Of a stretch of DNA of 64,000 bases, positions 26,001 to 41,900 are shown in pieces. The stretch is from Auanema rhodensis. Lineage: Eukaryota > Animalia > Nematoda. The stretch is taken from positions 4,588,001 through 4,652,000 of the forward strand of contig OZ059899.1 in the NCBI GenBank assembly GCA_964057225.1, written 5' to 3'. Numbering within the stretch: position 1 is the first letter of the stretch; every line of letters starts with the position of its first letter. The position numbers were made by a program, and so were the translations under genes. Below the pieces are notes generated by a model. The model saw only the letters and a program-made list of their open reading frames with translations. It was not told the DNA's origin and did not search any database.

Positions 26001-29000
26001 AAATGTTTTTGGAAGCAATGTTGAGTGTACATGGAAACTCAACATACACTAATGCATCATTTTTCAAACGATCATAACTGATTTTTGTATTAAGCGTTTC
26101 TCAATGTAGTATAGTGCATTCGATGCGGATTTTTAAGCTGCGTCGATCTGTGTTATCAGATTTGCGCTAGCTTAAAAATGCACCGAGATATCAACTGATA
26201 TAAGTTCACACTTATATCCTCGATTTTCACCCTGAAGAATCAATTTTTTCATTGAATAACATTGTCCATCGTCTTTGCCTTGAAAAAAGAAATCTAAAAA
26301 CATCTACTTTTTGCTAAATTATTTTGAAATTTTTCGAAAACATTTTTGTCAAAATGTTTTTGGAAGCAATGTTGAGTGTACATGGAAACTCAACATACAA
26401 TAATGCATCATTTTTCAAACGATCATAACTGATTTTTGTATTAAGCGTTTCTCAATGTAGTATAGTGCATTCGATGCGGATTTTTAAGCTGCGTCGATCT
26501 GTGTTATCAGATTTGCGCTAGCTTAAAAATGCACCGAGATATCAACTGATATAAGTTCACACTTATATCCTCGATTTTCACCCTGAAGAATCAATTTTTT
26601 CATTGAATAACATTGTCCATCGTCTTTGCCTTGAAAAAAGAAATCTAAAAACATCTACTTTTTGCTAAATTATCTTGAAATTTTTCGAAAAAATTTTTGT
26701 CAAAATGTTTTTGGAAGCAATGTTGAGTGTACATGGAAACTCAACATACACTAATGCATCATTTTTCAAACGATCATAACTGATTTTTGTATCAAGCGTT
26801 TCTCAATGTAGTATAGTGCATTCGATGCGGATTTTTAAGCTGCGTCGATCTGTGTTATCAGATTTGCGCTAGCTTAAAAATGCACCGAGATATCAACTGA
26901 TATAAGTTCACACTTATATCCTCGATTTTCACCCTGAAGAATCAATTTTATCGTTGAATAACATTGTCCATCGTCTTTGCCTTGAAAAAAGAAATCTAAA
27001 AACATCTACTTTTTGCTAAATTATTTTTAAATTTTTCGAAAAAATTTTTGTCAAAATGTTTTTGGAAGCAATGTTGAGTGTACATGGAAACTCAACATAC
27101 ACTAATGCATCATTTTTCAAACGATCATAACTAATTTTTGTATTAAGCGTTTCTCAATGTAGTATAGTGCATTCGATGCGGATTTTTAAGCTGCGTCGAT
27201 CTGTGTTATCAGATTTGCGCTAGCTTAAAAATGCACCGAGATATCAACTGATATAAGTTCACACTTATATTTTCGATTTTCACCCTGAAGAATTAATTTT
27301 TTCGTTGAATAACATTGTCCATCGTCATCGCCTTGAAAAAAGGAATCTAGAAGCATCTACTTTTTGCTAAATTGTTTTGAAATTTTTCGAAAAAATTTTT
27401 GTCAAAATGTTTTTGGAAGCAATGTTGAGTGTACATGGAAACTCAACATACACTAATGCATCATTTTTCAAACGATCATAACTGATTTTTGTATTAAGCG
27501 TTTCTCAATGTAGTATAGTGCATTCGATGCGGATTTTTAAGCTGCGTCGATCTGTGTTATCAGATTTGCGCTAGCTTAAAAATGCACCGAGATATCAACT
27601 GATATAAGTTCACACATATATCCTCGATTTTCACCCTGAAGAATCAATTTTTTCGTTGAATAACATTGTCCATCGTCTTTGCCTTGAAAAAAGAAATCTA
27701 AAAACATCTACTTTTTGCTAAATTATTTTGAAATTTTTCGAAAAAATTTTTGTCAAAATGTTTTTGGAAGCAATGTTGAGTGTACATGGAAACTCAACAT
27801 ACACTAATGCATCATTTTTCAAACGATCATAACTGATTTTTGTATTAAGCGTTTCTCAATGTAGTATAGTGCATTCGATGCGGATTTTTAAGCTGCGTCG
27901 ATCTGTGTTATCAGATTTGCGCTAGCTTAAAAATGCACCGAGATATCAACTGATATAAGTTCACACTTATATCCTCGATTTTCACCCTGAAGAATCAATT
28001 TTTTCATTGAATAACATTGTCCATCGTCTTTGCCTTGAAAAAAAAAATCTAAAAACATCTACTTTTTGCTAAATTATCTTGAAATTTTTCGAAAAAATTT
28101 TTGTCAAAATGTTTTTGGAAGCAATGTTGAGTGTACATGGAAACTCAACATACACTAATGCATCATTTTTCAAACGATCATAACTGATTTTTGTATCAAG
28201 CGTTTCTCAATGTAGTATAGTGCATTCGATGCGGATTTTTAAGCTGCGTCGATCTGTGTTATCAGATTTGCGCTAGCTTAAAAATGCACCGAGATATCAA
28301 CTGATATAAGTTCACACTTATATCCTCGATTTTCACCCTGAAGAATCAATTTTATCGTTGAATAACATTGTCCATCGTCTTTGCCTTGAAAAAAGAAATC
28401 TAAAAACATCTACTTTTTGCTAAATTATTTTGAAATTTTTCGAAAAAATTTTTGTCAAAATGTTTTTGGAAGCAATGTTGAGTGTACATGGAAACTCAAC
28501 ATACACTAATGCATCATTTTTCAAACGATCATAACTAATTTTTGTATTAAGCGTTTCTCAATGTAGTATAGTGCATTCGATGCGGATTTTTAAGCTGCGT
28601 CGATCTGTGTTATCAGATTTGCGCTAGCTTAAAAATGCACCGAGATATCAACTGATATAAGTTCACACTTATATTTTCGATTTTCACCCTGAAGAATTAA
28701 TTTTTTCGTTGAATAACATTGTCCATCGTCTTCGCCTTGAAAAAAGGAATCTAGAAGCATCTACTTTTTGCTAAATTGTTTTGAAATTTTTCGAAAAAAT
28801 TTTTGTCAAAATGTTTTTGGAAGCAATGTTGAGTGTACATGGAAACTCAACATACACTAATGCATCATTTTTCAAACGATCATAACTGATTTTTGTATTA
28901 AGCGTTTCTCAATGTAGTATAGTGCATTCGATGCGGATTTTTAAGCTGCGTCGATCTGTGTTATCAGATTTGCGCTAGCTTAAAAATGCACCGAGATATC

Positions 29001-31246
29001 AACTGATATAAGTTCACACATATATCCTCGATTTTCACCCTGAAGAATTAATTTTTTCGTTGAATAACATTGTCCATCGTCTTTGCCTTGAAAAAAGGAA
29101 TCTAGAAGCATCTACTTTTTGCTAAATTATTCTGAAATTTTTCGAAAAAATTTTTGTCAAAATGTTTTTGGAAGCAATGTTGAGTGTACATGGAAACTCA
29201 ACATACACTAATGCATCATTTTTCAAACGATCATAACTGATTTTTGTATTAAGCGTTTCTCAATGTAGTATAGTGCATTCGATGCGGATTTTTAAGCTGC
29301 GTCGATCTGTGTTATCAGATTTGCGCTAGCTTAAAAATGCACCGAGATATCAACTGATATAAGTTCACACTTATATCCTCGATTTTCACCCTGAAGAATC
29401 AATTTTATCGTTGAATAACATTGTCCATCGTCTTTGCCTTGAAAAAAGAAATCTAAAAACATCTACTTTTTGCTAAATTATTTTGAAATTTTTCGAAAAA
29501 ATTTTTGTCAAAATGTTTTTGGAAGCAATGTTGAGTGTACATGGAAACTCAACATACACTAATGCATCATTTTTCAAACGATCATAACTAATTTTTGTAT
29601 TAAGCGTTTCTCAATGTAGTATAGTGCATTCGATGCGGATTTTTAAGCTGCGTCGATCTGTGTTATCAGATTTGCGCTAGCTTAAAAATGCACCGAGATA
29701 TCAACTGATATAAGTTCACACTTATATTTTCGATTTTCACCCTGAAGAATTAATTTTTTCGTTGAATAACATTGTCCATCGTCTTTGCCTTGAAAAAAGG
29801 AATCTAGAAGCATCTACTTTTTGCTAAATTGTTTTGAAATTTTTCGAAAAAATTTTTGTCAAAATGTTTTTGGAAGCAATGTTGAGTGTACATGGAAACT
29901 CAACATACACTAATGCATCATTTTTCAAACGATCATAACTGATTTTTGTATTAAGCGTTTCTCAATGTAGTATAGTGCATTCGATGCGGATTTTTAAGCT
30001 GCGTCGATCTGTGTTATCAGATTTGCGCTAGCTTAAAAATGCACCGAGATATCAACTGATATAAGTTCACACATATATCCTCGATTTTCACCCTGAAGAA
30101 TCAATTTTTTCGTTGAATAACATTGTCCATCGTCTTTGCCTTGAAAAAAGAAATCTAAAAACATCTACTTTTTGCTAAATTATTTTGAAATTTTTCGAAA
30201 AAATTTTTGTCAAAATGTTTTTGGAAGCAATGTTGAGTGTACATGGAAACTCAACATACACTAATGCATCATTTTTCAAACGATCATAACTGATTTTTGT
30301 ATTAAGCGTTTCTCAATGTAGTATAGTGCATTCGATGCGGATTTTTAAGCTGCGTCGATCTGTGTTATCAGATTTGCGCTAGCTTAAAAATGCACCGAGA
30401 TATCAACTGATATAAGTTCACACTTATATCCTCGATTTTCACCCTGAAGAATCAATTTTTTCATTGAATAACATTGTCCATCGTCTTTGCCTTGAAAAAA
30501 GAAATCTAAAAACATCTACTTTTTGCTAAATTATCTTGAAATTTTTCGAAAAAATTTTTGTCAAAATGTTTTTGGAAGCAATGTTGAGTGTACATGGAAA
30601 CTCAACATACACTAATGCATCATTTTTCAAACGATCATAACTGATTTTTGTATCAAGCGTTTCTCAATGTAGTATAGTGCATTCGATGCGGATTTTTAAG
30701 CTGCGTCGATCTGTGTTATCAGATTTGCGCTAGCTTAAAAATGCACCGAGATATCAACTGATATAAGTTCACACTTATATCCTCGATTTTCACCCTGAAG
30801 AATCAATTTTATCGTTGAATAACATTGTCCATCGTCTTTGCCTTGAAAAAAGAAATCTAAAAACATCTACTTTTTGCTAAATTATTTTGAAATTTTTCGA
30901 AAAAATTTTTGTCAAAATGTTTTTGGAAGCAATGTTGAGTGTACATGGAAACTCAACATACACTAATGCATCATTTTTCAAACGATCATAACTAATTTTT
31001 GTATTAAGCGTTTCTCAATGTAGTATAGTGCATTCGATGCGGATTTTTAAGCTGCGTCGATCTGTGTTATCAGATTTGCGCTAGCTTAAAAATGCACCGA
31101 GATATCAACTGATATAAGTTCACACTTATATTTTCGATTTTCACCCTGAAGAATTAATTTTTTCGTTGAATAACATTGTCCATCGTCTTCGCCTTGAAAA
31201 AAGGAATCTAGAAGCATCTACTTTTTGCTAAATTGTTTTGAAATTT
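20015..31246. repeat. Higher-order repeat domain 2: variable 2-5-mer units containing an 11-monomer (3861 bp) duplication
   Basis: Marker A340G is at 20705, 21758, 23513, 24917, 25619, 27374, 28778, 29831 and 31235 (spacings of 3,5,4,2,5,4,3,4 monomers). C68A at 22539/26400 and T149A at 21918/25779 are both 3861 bp apart. Confidence 0.8.
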
Positions 31247-34200
31247 TTCGAAAAAATTTTTGTCAAAATGTTTTTGGAAGCAATGTTGAGTGTACATGGA
31301 AACTCAACATACACTAATGCATCATTTTTCAAACGATCATAACTGATTTTTGTATCAAGCGTTTCTCAATGTAGTATAGTGCATTCGATGCGGATTTTTA
31401 AGCTGCGTCGATCTGTGTTATCAGATTTGCGCTAGCTTAAAAATGCACCGAGATATCAACTGATATAAGTTCACACTTATATCCTCGATTTTCACCCTGA
31501 AGAATTAATTTTTTCGTTGAATAACATTGTCCATCGTCTTTGCCTTGAAAAAAGAAATCTAAAAACATCTACTTTTTGCTAAATTATCTTGAAATTTTTC
31601 GAAAAAATTTTTGTCAAAATGTTTTTGGAAGCAATGTTGAGTGTACATGGAAACTCAACATACACTAATGCATCATTTTTCAAACGATCATAACTGATTT
31701 TTGTATCAAGCGTTTCTCAATGTAGTATAGTGCATTCGATGCGGATTTTTAAGCTGCGTCGATCTGTGTTATCAGATTTGCGCTAGCTTAAAAATGCACC
31801 GAGATATCAACTGATATAAGTTCACACTTATATCCTCGATTTTCACCCTGAAGAATCAATTTTTTCGTTGAATAACATTGTCCATCGTCTTTGCCTTGAA
31901 AAAAGAAATCTAAAAACATCTACTTTTTGCTAAATTATTTTGAAATTTTTCGAAAAAATTTTTGTCAAAATGTTTTTGGAAGCAATGTTGAGTGTACATG
32001 GAAACTCAACATACACTAATGCATCATTTTTCAAACGATCATAACTGATTTTTGTATTAAGCGTTTCTCAATGTAGTATAGTGCATTCGATGCGGATTTT
32101 TAAGCTGCGTCGATCTGTGTTATCAGATTTGCGCTAGCTTAAAAATGCACCGAGATATCAACTGATATAAGTTCACACTTATATCCTCGATTTTCACCCT
32201 GAAGAATCAATTTTTTCGTTGAATAACATTGTCCATCGTCTTTGCCTTGAAAAAAGGAATCTAGAAGCATCTACTTTTTGCTAAATTATTTTGAAATTTT
32301 TCGAAAAAATTTTTGTCAAAATGTTTTTGGAAGCAATGTTGAGTGTACATGGAAACTCAACATACACTAATGCATCATTTTTCAAACGATCATAACTGAT
32401 TTTTGTATTAAGCGTTTCTCAATGTAGTATAGTGCATTCGATGCGGATTTTTAAGCTGCGTCGATCTGTGTTATCAGATTTGCGCTAGCTTAAAATTGCA
32501 CCGAGATATCAACTGATATATGTTCACACTTATATCCTCGATTTTCACCCTGAAGAATCAATTTTTTCATTGAATAACATTGTCCATCGTCTTTGCCTTG
32601 AAAAAAGAAATCTAAAAACATCTACTTTTTGCTAAATTATTTTGAAATTTTTCGAAAAAATTTTTGTCAAAATGTTTTTGGAAGCAATGTTGAGTGTACA
32701 TGGAAACTCAACATACACTAATGCATCATTTTTCAAACGATCATAACTGATTTTTGTATTAAGCGTTTCTCAATGTAGTATAGTGCATTCGATGCGGATT
32801 TTTAAGCTGCGTCGATCTGTGTTATCAGATTTGCGCTAGCTTAAAAATGCACCGAGATATCAACTGATATAAGTTCACACTTATATCCTCGATTTTCACC
32901 CTGAAGAATCAATTTTTTCATTGAATAACATTGTCCATCGTCTTTGCCTTGAAAAAAGAAATCTAAAAACATCTACTTTTTGCTAAATTATCTTGAAAGT
33001 TTTCGAAAAAATTTTTGTCAAAATGTTTTTGGAAGCAATGTTGAGTGTACATGGAAACTCAACATACACTAATGCATCATTTTTCAAACGATCATAACTG
33101 ATTTTTGTATCAAGCGTTTCTCAATGTAGTATAGTGCATTCGATGCGGATTTTTAAGCTGCGTCGATCTGTGTTATCAGATTTGCGCTAGCTTAAAAATG
33201 CACCGAGATATCAACTGATATAAGTTCACACTTATATCCTCGATTTTCACCCTGAAGAATCAATTTTTTCGTTGAATAACATTGTCCATCGTCTTTGCCT
33301 TGAAAAAAGGAATCTAGAAGCATCTACTTTTTGCTAAATTATTTTGAAATTTTTCGAAAAAATTTTTGTCAAAATGTTTTTGGAAGCAATGTTGAGTGTA
33401 CATGGAAACTCAACATACACTAATGCATCATTTTTCAAACGATCATAACTAATTTTTGTATTAAGCGTTTCTCAATGTAGTATAGTGCATTCGATGCGGA
33501 TTTTTAAGCTGCGTCGATCTGTGTTATCAGATTTGCGCTAGCTTAAAAATGCACCGAGATATCAACTGATATAAGTTCACACTTATATTTTCGATTTTCA
33601 CCCTGAAGAATCAATTTTTTCGTTGAATAACATTGTCCATCGTCTTTGCCTTGAAAAAAGAAATCTAAAAACATCTACTTTTTGCTAAATTATTTTGAAA
33701 TTTTTCGAAAAAATTTTTGTCAAAATGTTTTTGGAAGCAATGTTGAGTGTACATGGAAACTCAACATACACTAATGCATCATTTTTCAAACGATCATAAC
33801 TGATTTTTGTATCAAGCGTTTCTCAATGTAGTATAGTGCATTCGATGCGGATTTTTAAGCTGCGTCGATCTGTGTTATCAGATTTGCGCTAGCTTAAAAA
33901 TGCACCGAGATATCAACTGATATAAGTTCACACTTATATCCTCGATTTTCACCCTGAAGAATCAATTTTTTCATTGAATAACATTGTCCATCGTCTTTGC
34001 CTTGAAAAAAGAAATCTAAAAACATCTACTTTTTGCTAAATTATCTTGAAATTTTTCGAAAAAATTTTTGTCAAAATGTTTTTGGAAGCAATGTTGAGTG
34101 TACATGGAAACTCAACATACACTAATGCATCATTTTTCAAACGATCATAACTGATTTTTGTATCAAGCGTTTCTCAATGTAGTATAGTGCATTCGATGCG

Positions 34201-37200
34201 GATTTTTAAGCTGCGTCGATCTGTGTTATCAGATTTGCGCTAGCTTAAAAATGCACCGAGATATCAACTGATATAAGTTCACACTTATATCCTCGATTTT
34301 CACCCTGAAGAATCAATTTTATCGTTGAATAACATTGTCCATCGTCTTTGCCTTGAAAAAAGAAATCTAAAAACATCTACTTTTTGCTAAATTATTTTGA
34401 AATTTTTCGAAAAAATTTTTGTCAAAATGTTTTTGGAAGCAATGTTGAGTGTACATGGAAACTCAACATACACTAATGCATCATTTTTCAAACGATCATA
34501 ACTAATTTTTGTATTAAGCGTTTCTCACTGTAGTATAGTGCATTCGATGCGGATTTTTAAGCTGCGTCGATCTGTGTTATCAGATTTGCGCTAGCTTAAA
34601 AATGCACCGAGATATCAACTGATATAAGTTCACACTTATATTTTCGATTTTCACCCTGAAGAATCAATTTTTTCGTTGAATAACATTGTCCATCGTCTTT
34701 GCCTTGAAAAAAGAAATCTAAAAACATCTACTTTTTGCTAAATTATTTTGAAATTTTTCGAAAAAATTTTTGTCAAAATGTTTTTGGAAGCAATGTTGAG
34801 TGTACATGGAAACTCAACATACACTAATGCATCATTTTTCAAACGATCATAACTGATTTTTGTATCAAGCGTTTCTCAATGTAGTATAGTGCATTCGATG
34901 CGGATTTTTAAGCTGCGTCGATCTGTGTTATCAGATTTGCGCTAGCTTAAAAATGCACCGAGATATCAACTGATATAAGTTCACACTTATATCCTCGATT
35001 TTCACCCTGAAGAATCAATTTTTTCATTGAATAACATTGTCCATCGTCTTTGCCTTGAAAAAAGAAATCTAAAAACATCTACTTTTTGCTAAATTATCTT
35101 GAAATTTTTCGAAAAAATTTTTGTCAAAATGTTTTTGGAAGCAATGTTGAGTGTACATGGAAACTCAACATACACTAATGCATCATTTTTCAAACGATCA
35201 TAACTGATTTTTGTATCAAGCGTTTCTCAATGTAGTATAGTGCATTCGATGCGGATTTTTAAGCTGCGTCGATCTGTGTTATCAGATTTGCGCTAGCTTA
35301 AAAATGCACCGAGATATCAACTGATATATGTTCACACTTATATCCTCGATTTTCACCCTGAAGAATTAATTTTTTCGTTGAATAACATTGTCCATCGTCT
35401 TTGCCTTGAAAAAAGAAATCTAGAAGCATCTACTTTTTGCTAAATTATTTTGAAATTTTTCGAAAAAATTTTTGTCAAAATGTTTTTGGAAGCAATGTTG
35501 AGTGTACATGGAAACTCAACATACACTAATGCATCATTTTTCAAACGATCATAACTGATTTTTGTATTAAGCGTTTCTCAATGTAGTATAGTGCATTCGA
35601 TGCGGATTTTTAAGCTGCGTCGATCTGTGTTATCAGATTTGCGCTAGCTTAAAATTGCACCGAGATATCAACTGATATATGTTCACACTTATATCCTCGA
35701 TTTTCACCCTGAAGAATCAATTTTATCGTTGAATAACATTGTCCATCGTCTTTGCCTTGAAAAAAGAAATCTAAAAACATCTACTTTTTGCTAAATTATT
35801 TTGAAATTTTTCGAAAAAATTTTTGTCAAAATGTTTTTGGAAGCAATGTTGAGTGTACATGGAAACTCAACATACACTAATGCATCATTTTTCAAACGAT
35901 CATAACTAATTTTTGTATTAAGCGTTTCTCAATGTAGTATAGTGCATTCGATGCGGATTTTTAAGCTGCGTCGATCTGTGTTATCAGATTTGCGCTAGCT
36001 TAAAAATGCACCGAGATATCAACTGATATAAGTTCACACTTATATTTTCGATTTTCACCCTGAAGAATCAATTTTTTCGTTGAATAACATTGTCCATCGT
36101 CTTTGCCTTGAAAAAAGAAATCTAAAAACATCTACTTTTTGCTAAATTATTTTGAAATTTTTCGAAAAAATTTTTGTCAAAATGTTTTTGGAAGCAATGT
36201 TGAGTGTACATGGAAACTCAACATACACTAATGCATCATTTTTCAAACGATCATAACTGATTTTTGTATCAAGCGTTTCTCAATGTAGTATAGTGCATTC
36301 GATGCGGATTTTTAAGCTGCGTCGATCTGTGTTATCAGATTTGCGCTAGCTTAAAAATGCACCGAGATATCAACTGATATAAGTTCACACTTATATCCTC
36401 GATTTTCACCCTGAAGAATCAATTTTTTCATTGAATAACATTGTCCATCGTCTTTGCCTTGAAAAAAGAAATCTAAAAACATCTACTTTTTGCTAAATTA
36501 TCTTGAAATTTTTCGAAAAAATTTTTGTCAAAATGTTTTTGGAAGCAATGTTGAGTGTACATGGAAACTCAACATACACTAATGCATCATTTTTCAAACG
36601 ATCATAACTGATTTTTGTATCAAGCGTTTCTCAATGTAGTATAGTGCATTCGATGCGGATTTTTAAGCTGCGTCGATCTGTGTTATCAGATTTGCGCTAG
36701 CTTAAAAATGCACCGAGATATCAACTGATATAAGTTCACACTTATATCCTCGATTTTCACCCTGAAGAATCAATTTTTTCATTGAATAACATTGTCCATC
36801 GTCTTTGCCTTGAAAAAAGAAATCTAAAAACATCTACTTTTTGCTAAATTATCTTGAAATTTTTCGAAAAAATTTTTGTCAAAATGTTTTTGGAAGCAAT
36901 GTTGAGTGTACATGGAAACTCAACATACACTAATGCATCATTTTTCAAACGATCATAACTGATTTTTGTATCAAGCGTTTCTCAATGTAGTATAGTGCAT
37001 TCGATGCGGATTTTTAAGCTGCGTCGATCTGTGTTATCAGATTTGCGCTAGCTTAAAAATGCACCGAGATATCAACTGATATATGTTCACACTTATATCC
37101 TCGATTTTCACCCTGAAGAATTAATTTTTTCGTTGAATAACATTGTCCATCGTCTTTGCCTTGAAAAAAGAAATCTAGAAGCATCTACTTTTTGCTAAAT

Positions 37201-38968
37201 TATTTTGAAATTTTTCGAAAAAATTTTTGTCAAAATGTTTTTGGAAGCAATGTTGAGTGTACATGGAAACTCAACATACACTAATGCATCATTTTTCAAA
37301 CGATCATAACTGATTTTTGTATCAAGCGTTTCTCAATGTAGTATAGTGCATTCGATGCGGATTTTTAAGCTGCGTCGATCTGTGTTATCAGATTTGCGCT
37401 AGCTTAAAAATGCACCGAGATATCAACTGATATAAGTTCACACTTATATCCTCGATTTTCACCCTGAAGAATCAATTTTTTCATTGAATAACATTGTCCA
37501 TCGTCTTTGCCTTGAAAAAAGAAATCTAAAAACATCTACTTTTTGCTAAATTATCTTGAAATTTTTCGAAAAAATTTTTGTCAAAATGTTTTTGGAAGCA
37601 ATGTTGAGTGTACATGGAAACTCAACATACACTAATGCATCATTTTTCAAACGATCATAACTGATTTTTGTATCAAGCGTTTCTCAATGTAGTATAGTGC
37701 ATTCGATGCGGATTTTTAAGCTGCGTCGATCTGTGTTATCAGATTTGCGCTAGCTTAAAAATGCACCGAGATATCAACTGATATAAGTTCACACTTATAT
37801 CCTCGATTTTCACCCTGAAGAATCAATTTTATCGTTGAATAACATTGTCCATCGTCTTTGCCTTGAAAAAAGAAATCTAAAAACATCTACTTTTTGCTAA
37901 ATTATTTTGAAATTTTTCGAAAAAATTTTTGTCAAAATGTTTTTGGAAGCAATGTTGAGTGTACATGGAAACTCAACATACACTAATGCATCATTTTTCA
38001 AACGATCATAACTAATTTTTGTATTAAGCGTTTCTCAATGTAGTATAGTGCATTCGATGCGGATTTTTAAGCTGCGTCGATCTGTGTTATCAGATTTGCG
38101 CTAGCTTAAAAATGCACCGAGATATCAACTGATATAAGTTCACACTTATATTTTCGATTTTCACCCTGAAGAATCAATTTTTTCGTTGAATAACATTGTC
38201 CATCGTCTTTGCCTTGAAAAAAGAAATCTAAAAACATCTACTTTTTGCTAAATTATTTTGAAATTTTTCGAAAAAATTTTTGTCAAAATGTTTTTGGAAG
38301 CAATGTTGAGTGTACATGGAAACTCAACATACACTAATGCATCATTTTTCAAACGATCATAACTGATTTTTGTATCAAGCGTTTCTCAATGTAGTATAGT
38401 GCATTCGATGCGGATTTTTAAGCTGCGTCGATCTGTGTTATCAGATTTGCGCTAGCTTAAAAATGCACCGAGATATCAACTGATATAAGTTCACACTTAT
38501 ATCCTCGATTTTCACCCTGAAGAATCAATTTTTTCATTGAATAACATTGTCCATCGTCTTTGCCTTGAAAAAAGAAATCTAAAAACATCTACTTTTTGCT
38601 AAATTATCTTGAAATTTTTCGAAAAAATTTTTGTCAAAATGTTTTTGGAAGCAATGTTGAGTGTACATGGAAACTCAACATACACTAATGCATCATTTTT
38701 CAAACGATCATAACTGATTTTTGTATCAAGCGTTTCTCAATGTAGTATAGTGCATTCGATGCGGATTTTTAAGCTGCGTCGATCTGTGTTATCAGATTTG
38801 CGCTAGCTTAAAAATGCACCGAGATATCAACTGATATATGTTCACACTTATATCCTCGATTTTCACCCTGAAGAATTAATTTTTTCGTTGAATAACATTG
38901 TCCATCGTCTTTGCCTTGAAAGAAGAAATCTAGAAGCATCTACTTTTTGCTAAATTATTTTGAAATTT

Positions 38969-41900
38969 TTCGAAAAAATTTTTGTCAAAATGTTTTTGGA
39001 AGCAATGTTGAGTGTACATGGAAACTCAACATACACTAATGCATCATTTTTCAAACGATCATAACTGATTTTTGTATCAAGCGTTTCTCAATGTAGTATA
39101 GTGCATTCGATGCGGATTTTTAAGCTGCGTCGATCTGTGTTATCAGATTTGCGCTAGCTTAAAAATGCACCGAGATATCAACTGATATAAGTTCACACTT
39201 ATATCCTCGATTTTCACCCTGAAGAATCAATTTTATCGTTGAATAACATTGTCCATCGTCTTTGCCTTGAAAAAAGAAATCTAAAAACATCTACTTTTTG
39301 CTAAATTATTTTGAAATTTTTCGAAAAAATTTTTGTCAAAATGTTTTTGGAAGCAATGTTGAGTGTACATGGAAACTCAACATACACTAATGCATCATTT
39401 TTCAAACGATCATAACTAATTTTTGTATTAAGCGTTTCTCAATGTAGTATAGTGCATTCGATGCGGATTTTTAAGCTGCGTCGATCTGTGTTATCAGATT
39501 TGCGCTAGCTTAAAAATGCACCGAGATATCAACTGATATAAGTTCACACTTATATTTTCGATTTTCACCCTGAAGAATTAATTTTTTCGTTGAATAACAT
39601 TGTCCATCGTCTTCGCCTTAAAAAAAGGAATCTAGAAGCATCTACTTTTTGCTAAATTATTTTGAAATTTTTCGAAAAAATTTTTGTCAAAATGTTTTTG
39701 GAAGCAATGTTGAGTGTACATGGAAACTCAACATACACTAATGCATCATTTTTCAAACGATCATAACTGATTTTTGTATTAAGCGTTTCTCAATGTAGTA
39801 TAGTGCATTCGATGCGGATTTTTAAGCTGCGTCGATCTGTGTTATCAGATTTGCGCTAGCTTAAAAATGCACCGAGATATCAACTGATATAAGTTCACAC
39901 ATATATCCTCGATTTTCACCCTGAAGAATCAATTTTTTCGTTGAATAACATTGTCCATCGTCTTTGCCTTGAAAAAAGAAATCTAAAAACATCTACTTTT
40001 TGCTAAATTATTTTGAAATTTTTCTAAAAAAATTTTTGTCAAAATGTTTTTGGAAGCAATGTTGAGTGTACATGGAAACTCAACATACACTAATGCATCA
40101 TTTTTCAAACGATCATAACTGATTTTTGTATTAAGCGTTTCTCAATGTAGTATAGTGCATTCGATGCGGATTTTTAAGCTGCGTCGATCTGTGTTATCAG
40201 ATTTGCGCTAGCTTAAAAATGCACCGAGATATCAACTGATATAAGTTCACACTTATATCCTCGATTTTCACCCTGAAGAATCAATTTTTTCATTGAATAA
40301 CATTGTCCATCGTCTTTGCCTTGAAAAAAGAAATCTAAAAACATCTACTTTTTGCTAAATTATTTTGAAATTTTTCGAAAACATTTTTGTCAAAATGTTT
40401 TTGGAAGCAATGTTGAGTGTACATGGAAACTCAACATACACTAATGCATCATTTTTCAAACGATCATAACTGATTTTTGTATTAAGCGTTTCTCAATGTA
40501 GTATAGTGCATTCGATGCGGATTTTTAAGCTGCGTCGATCTGTGTTATCAGATTTGCGCTAGCTTAAAAATGCACCGAGATATCAACTGATATAAGTTCA
40601 CACTTATATCCTCGATTTTCACCCTGAAGAATCAATTTTTTCGTTGAATAACATTGTCCATCGTCTTTGCCTTGAAAAAAGGAATCTAGAAGCATCTACT
40701 TTTTGCTAAATTATTTTGAAATTTTTCGAAAAAATTTTTGTCAAAATGTTTTTGGAAGCAATGTTGAGTGTACATGGAAACTCAACATACACTAATGCAT
40801 CATTTTTCAAACGATCATAACTGATTTTTGTATTAAGCGTTTCTCAATGTAGTATAGTGCATTCGATGCGGATTTTTAAGCTGCGTCGATCTGTGTTATC
40901 AGATTTGCGCTAGCTTAAAAATGCACCGAGATATCAACTGATATAAGTTCACACTTATATCCTCGATTTTCACCCTGAAGAATCAATTTTATCGTTGAAT
41001 AACATTGTCCATCGTCTTTGCCTTGAAAAAAGAAATCTAAAAACATCTACTTTTTGCTAAATTATTTTGAAATTTTTCGAAAAAATTTTTGTCAAAATGT
41101 TTTTGGAAGCAATGTTGAGTGTACATGGAAACTCAACATACACTAATGCATCATTTTTCAAACGATCATAACTAATTTTTGTATTAAGCGTTTCTCAATG
41201 TAGTATAGTGCATTCGATGCGGATTTTTAAGCTGCGTCGATCTGTGTTATCAGATTTGCGCTAGCTTAAAAATGCACCGAGATATCAACTGATATAAGTT
41301 CACACTTATATTTTCGATTTTCACCCTGAAGAATTAATTTTTTCGTTGAATAACATTGTCCATCGTCTTCGCCTTAAAAAAAGGAATCTAGAAGCATCTA
41401 CTTTTTGCTAAATTATTTTGAAATTTTTCGAAAAAATTTTTGTCAAAATGTTTTTGGAAGCAATGTTGAGTGTACATGGAAACTCAACATACACTAATGC
41501 ATCATTTTTCAAACGATCATAACTGATTTTTGTATTAAGCGTTTCTCAATGTAGTATAGTGCATTCGATGCGGATTTTTAAGCTGCGTCGATCTGTGTTA
41601 TCAGATTTGCGCTAGCTTAAAAATGCACCGAGATATCAACTGATATAAGTTCACACATATATCCTCGATTTTCACCCTGAAGAATCAATTTTTTCGTTGA
41701 ATAACATTGTCCATCGTCTTTGCCTTGAAAAAAGAAATCTAAAAACATCTACTTTTTGCTAAATTATTTTGAAATTTTTCTAAAAAAATTTTTGTCAAAA
41801 TGTTTTTGGAAGCAATGTTGAGTGTACATGGAAACTCAACATACACTAATGCATCATTTTTCAAACGATCATAACTGATTTTTGTATTAAGCGTTTCTCA

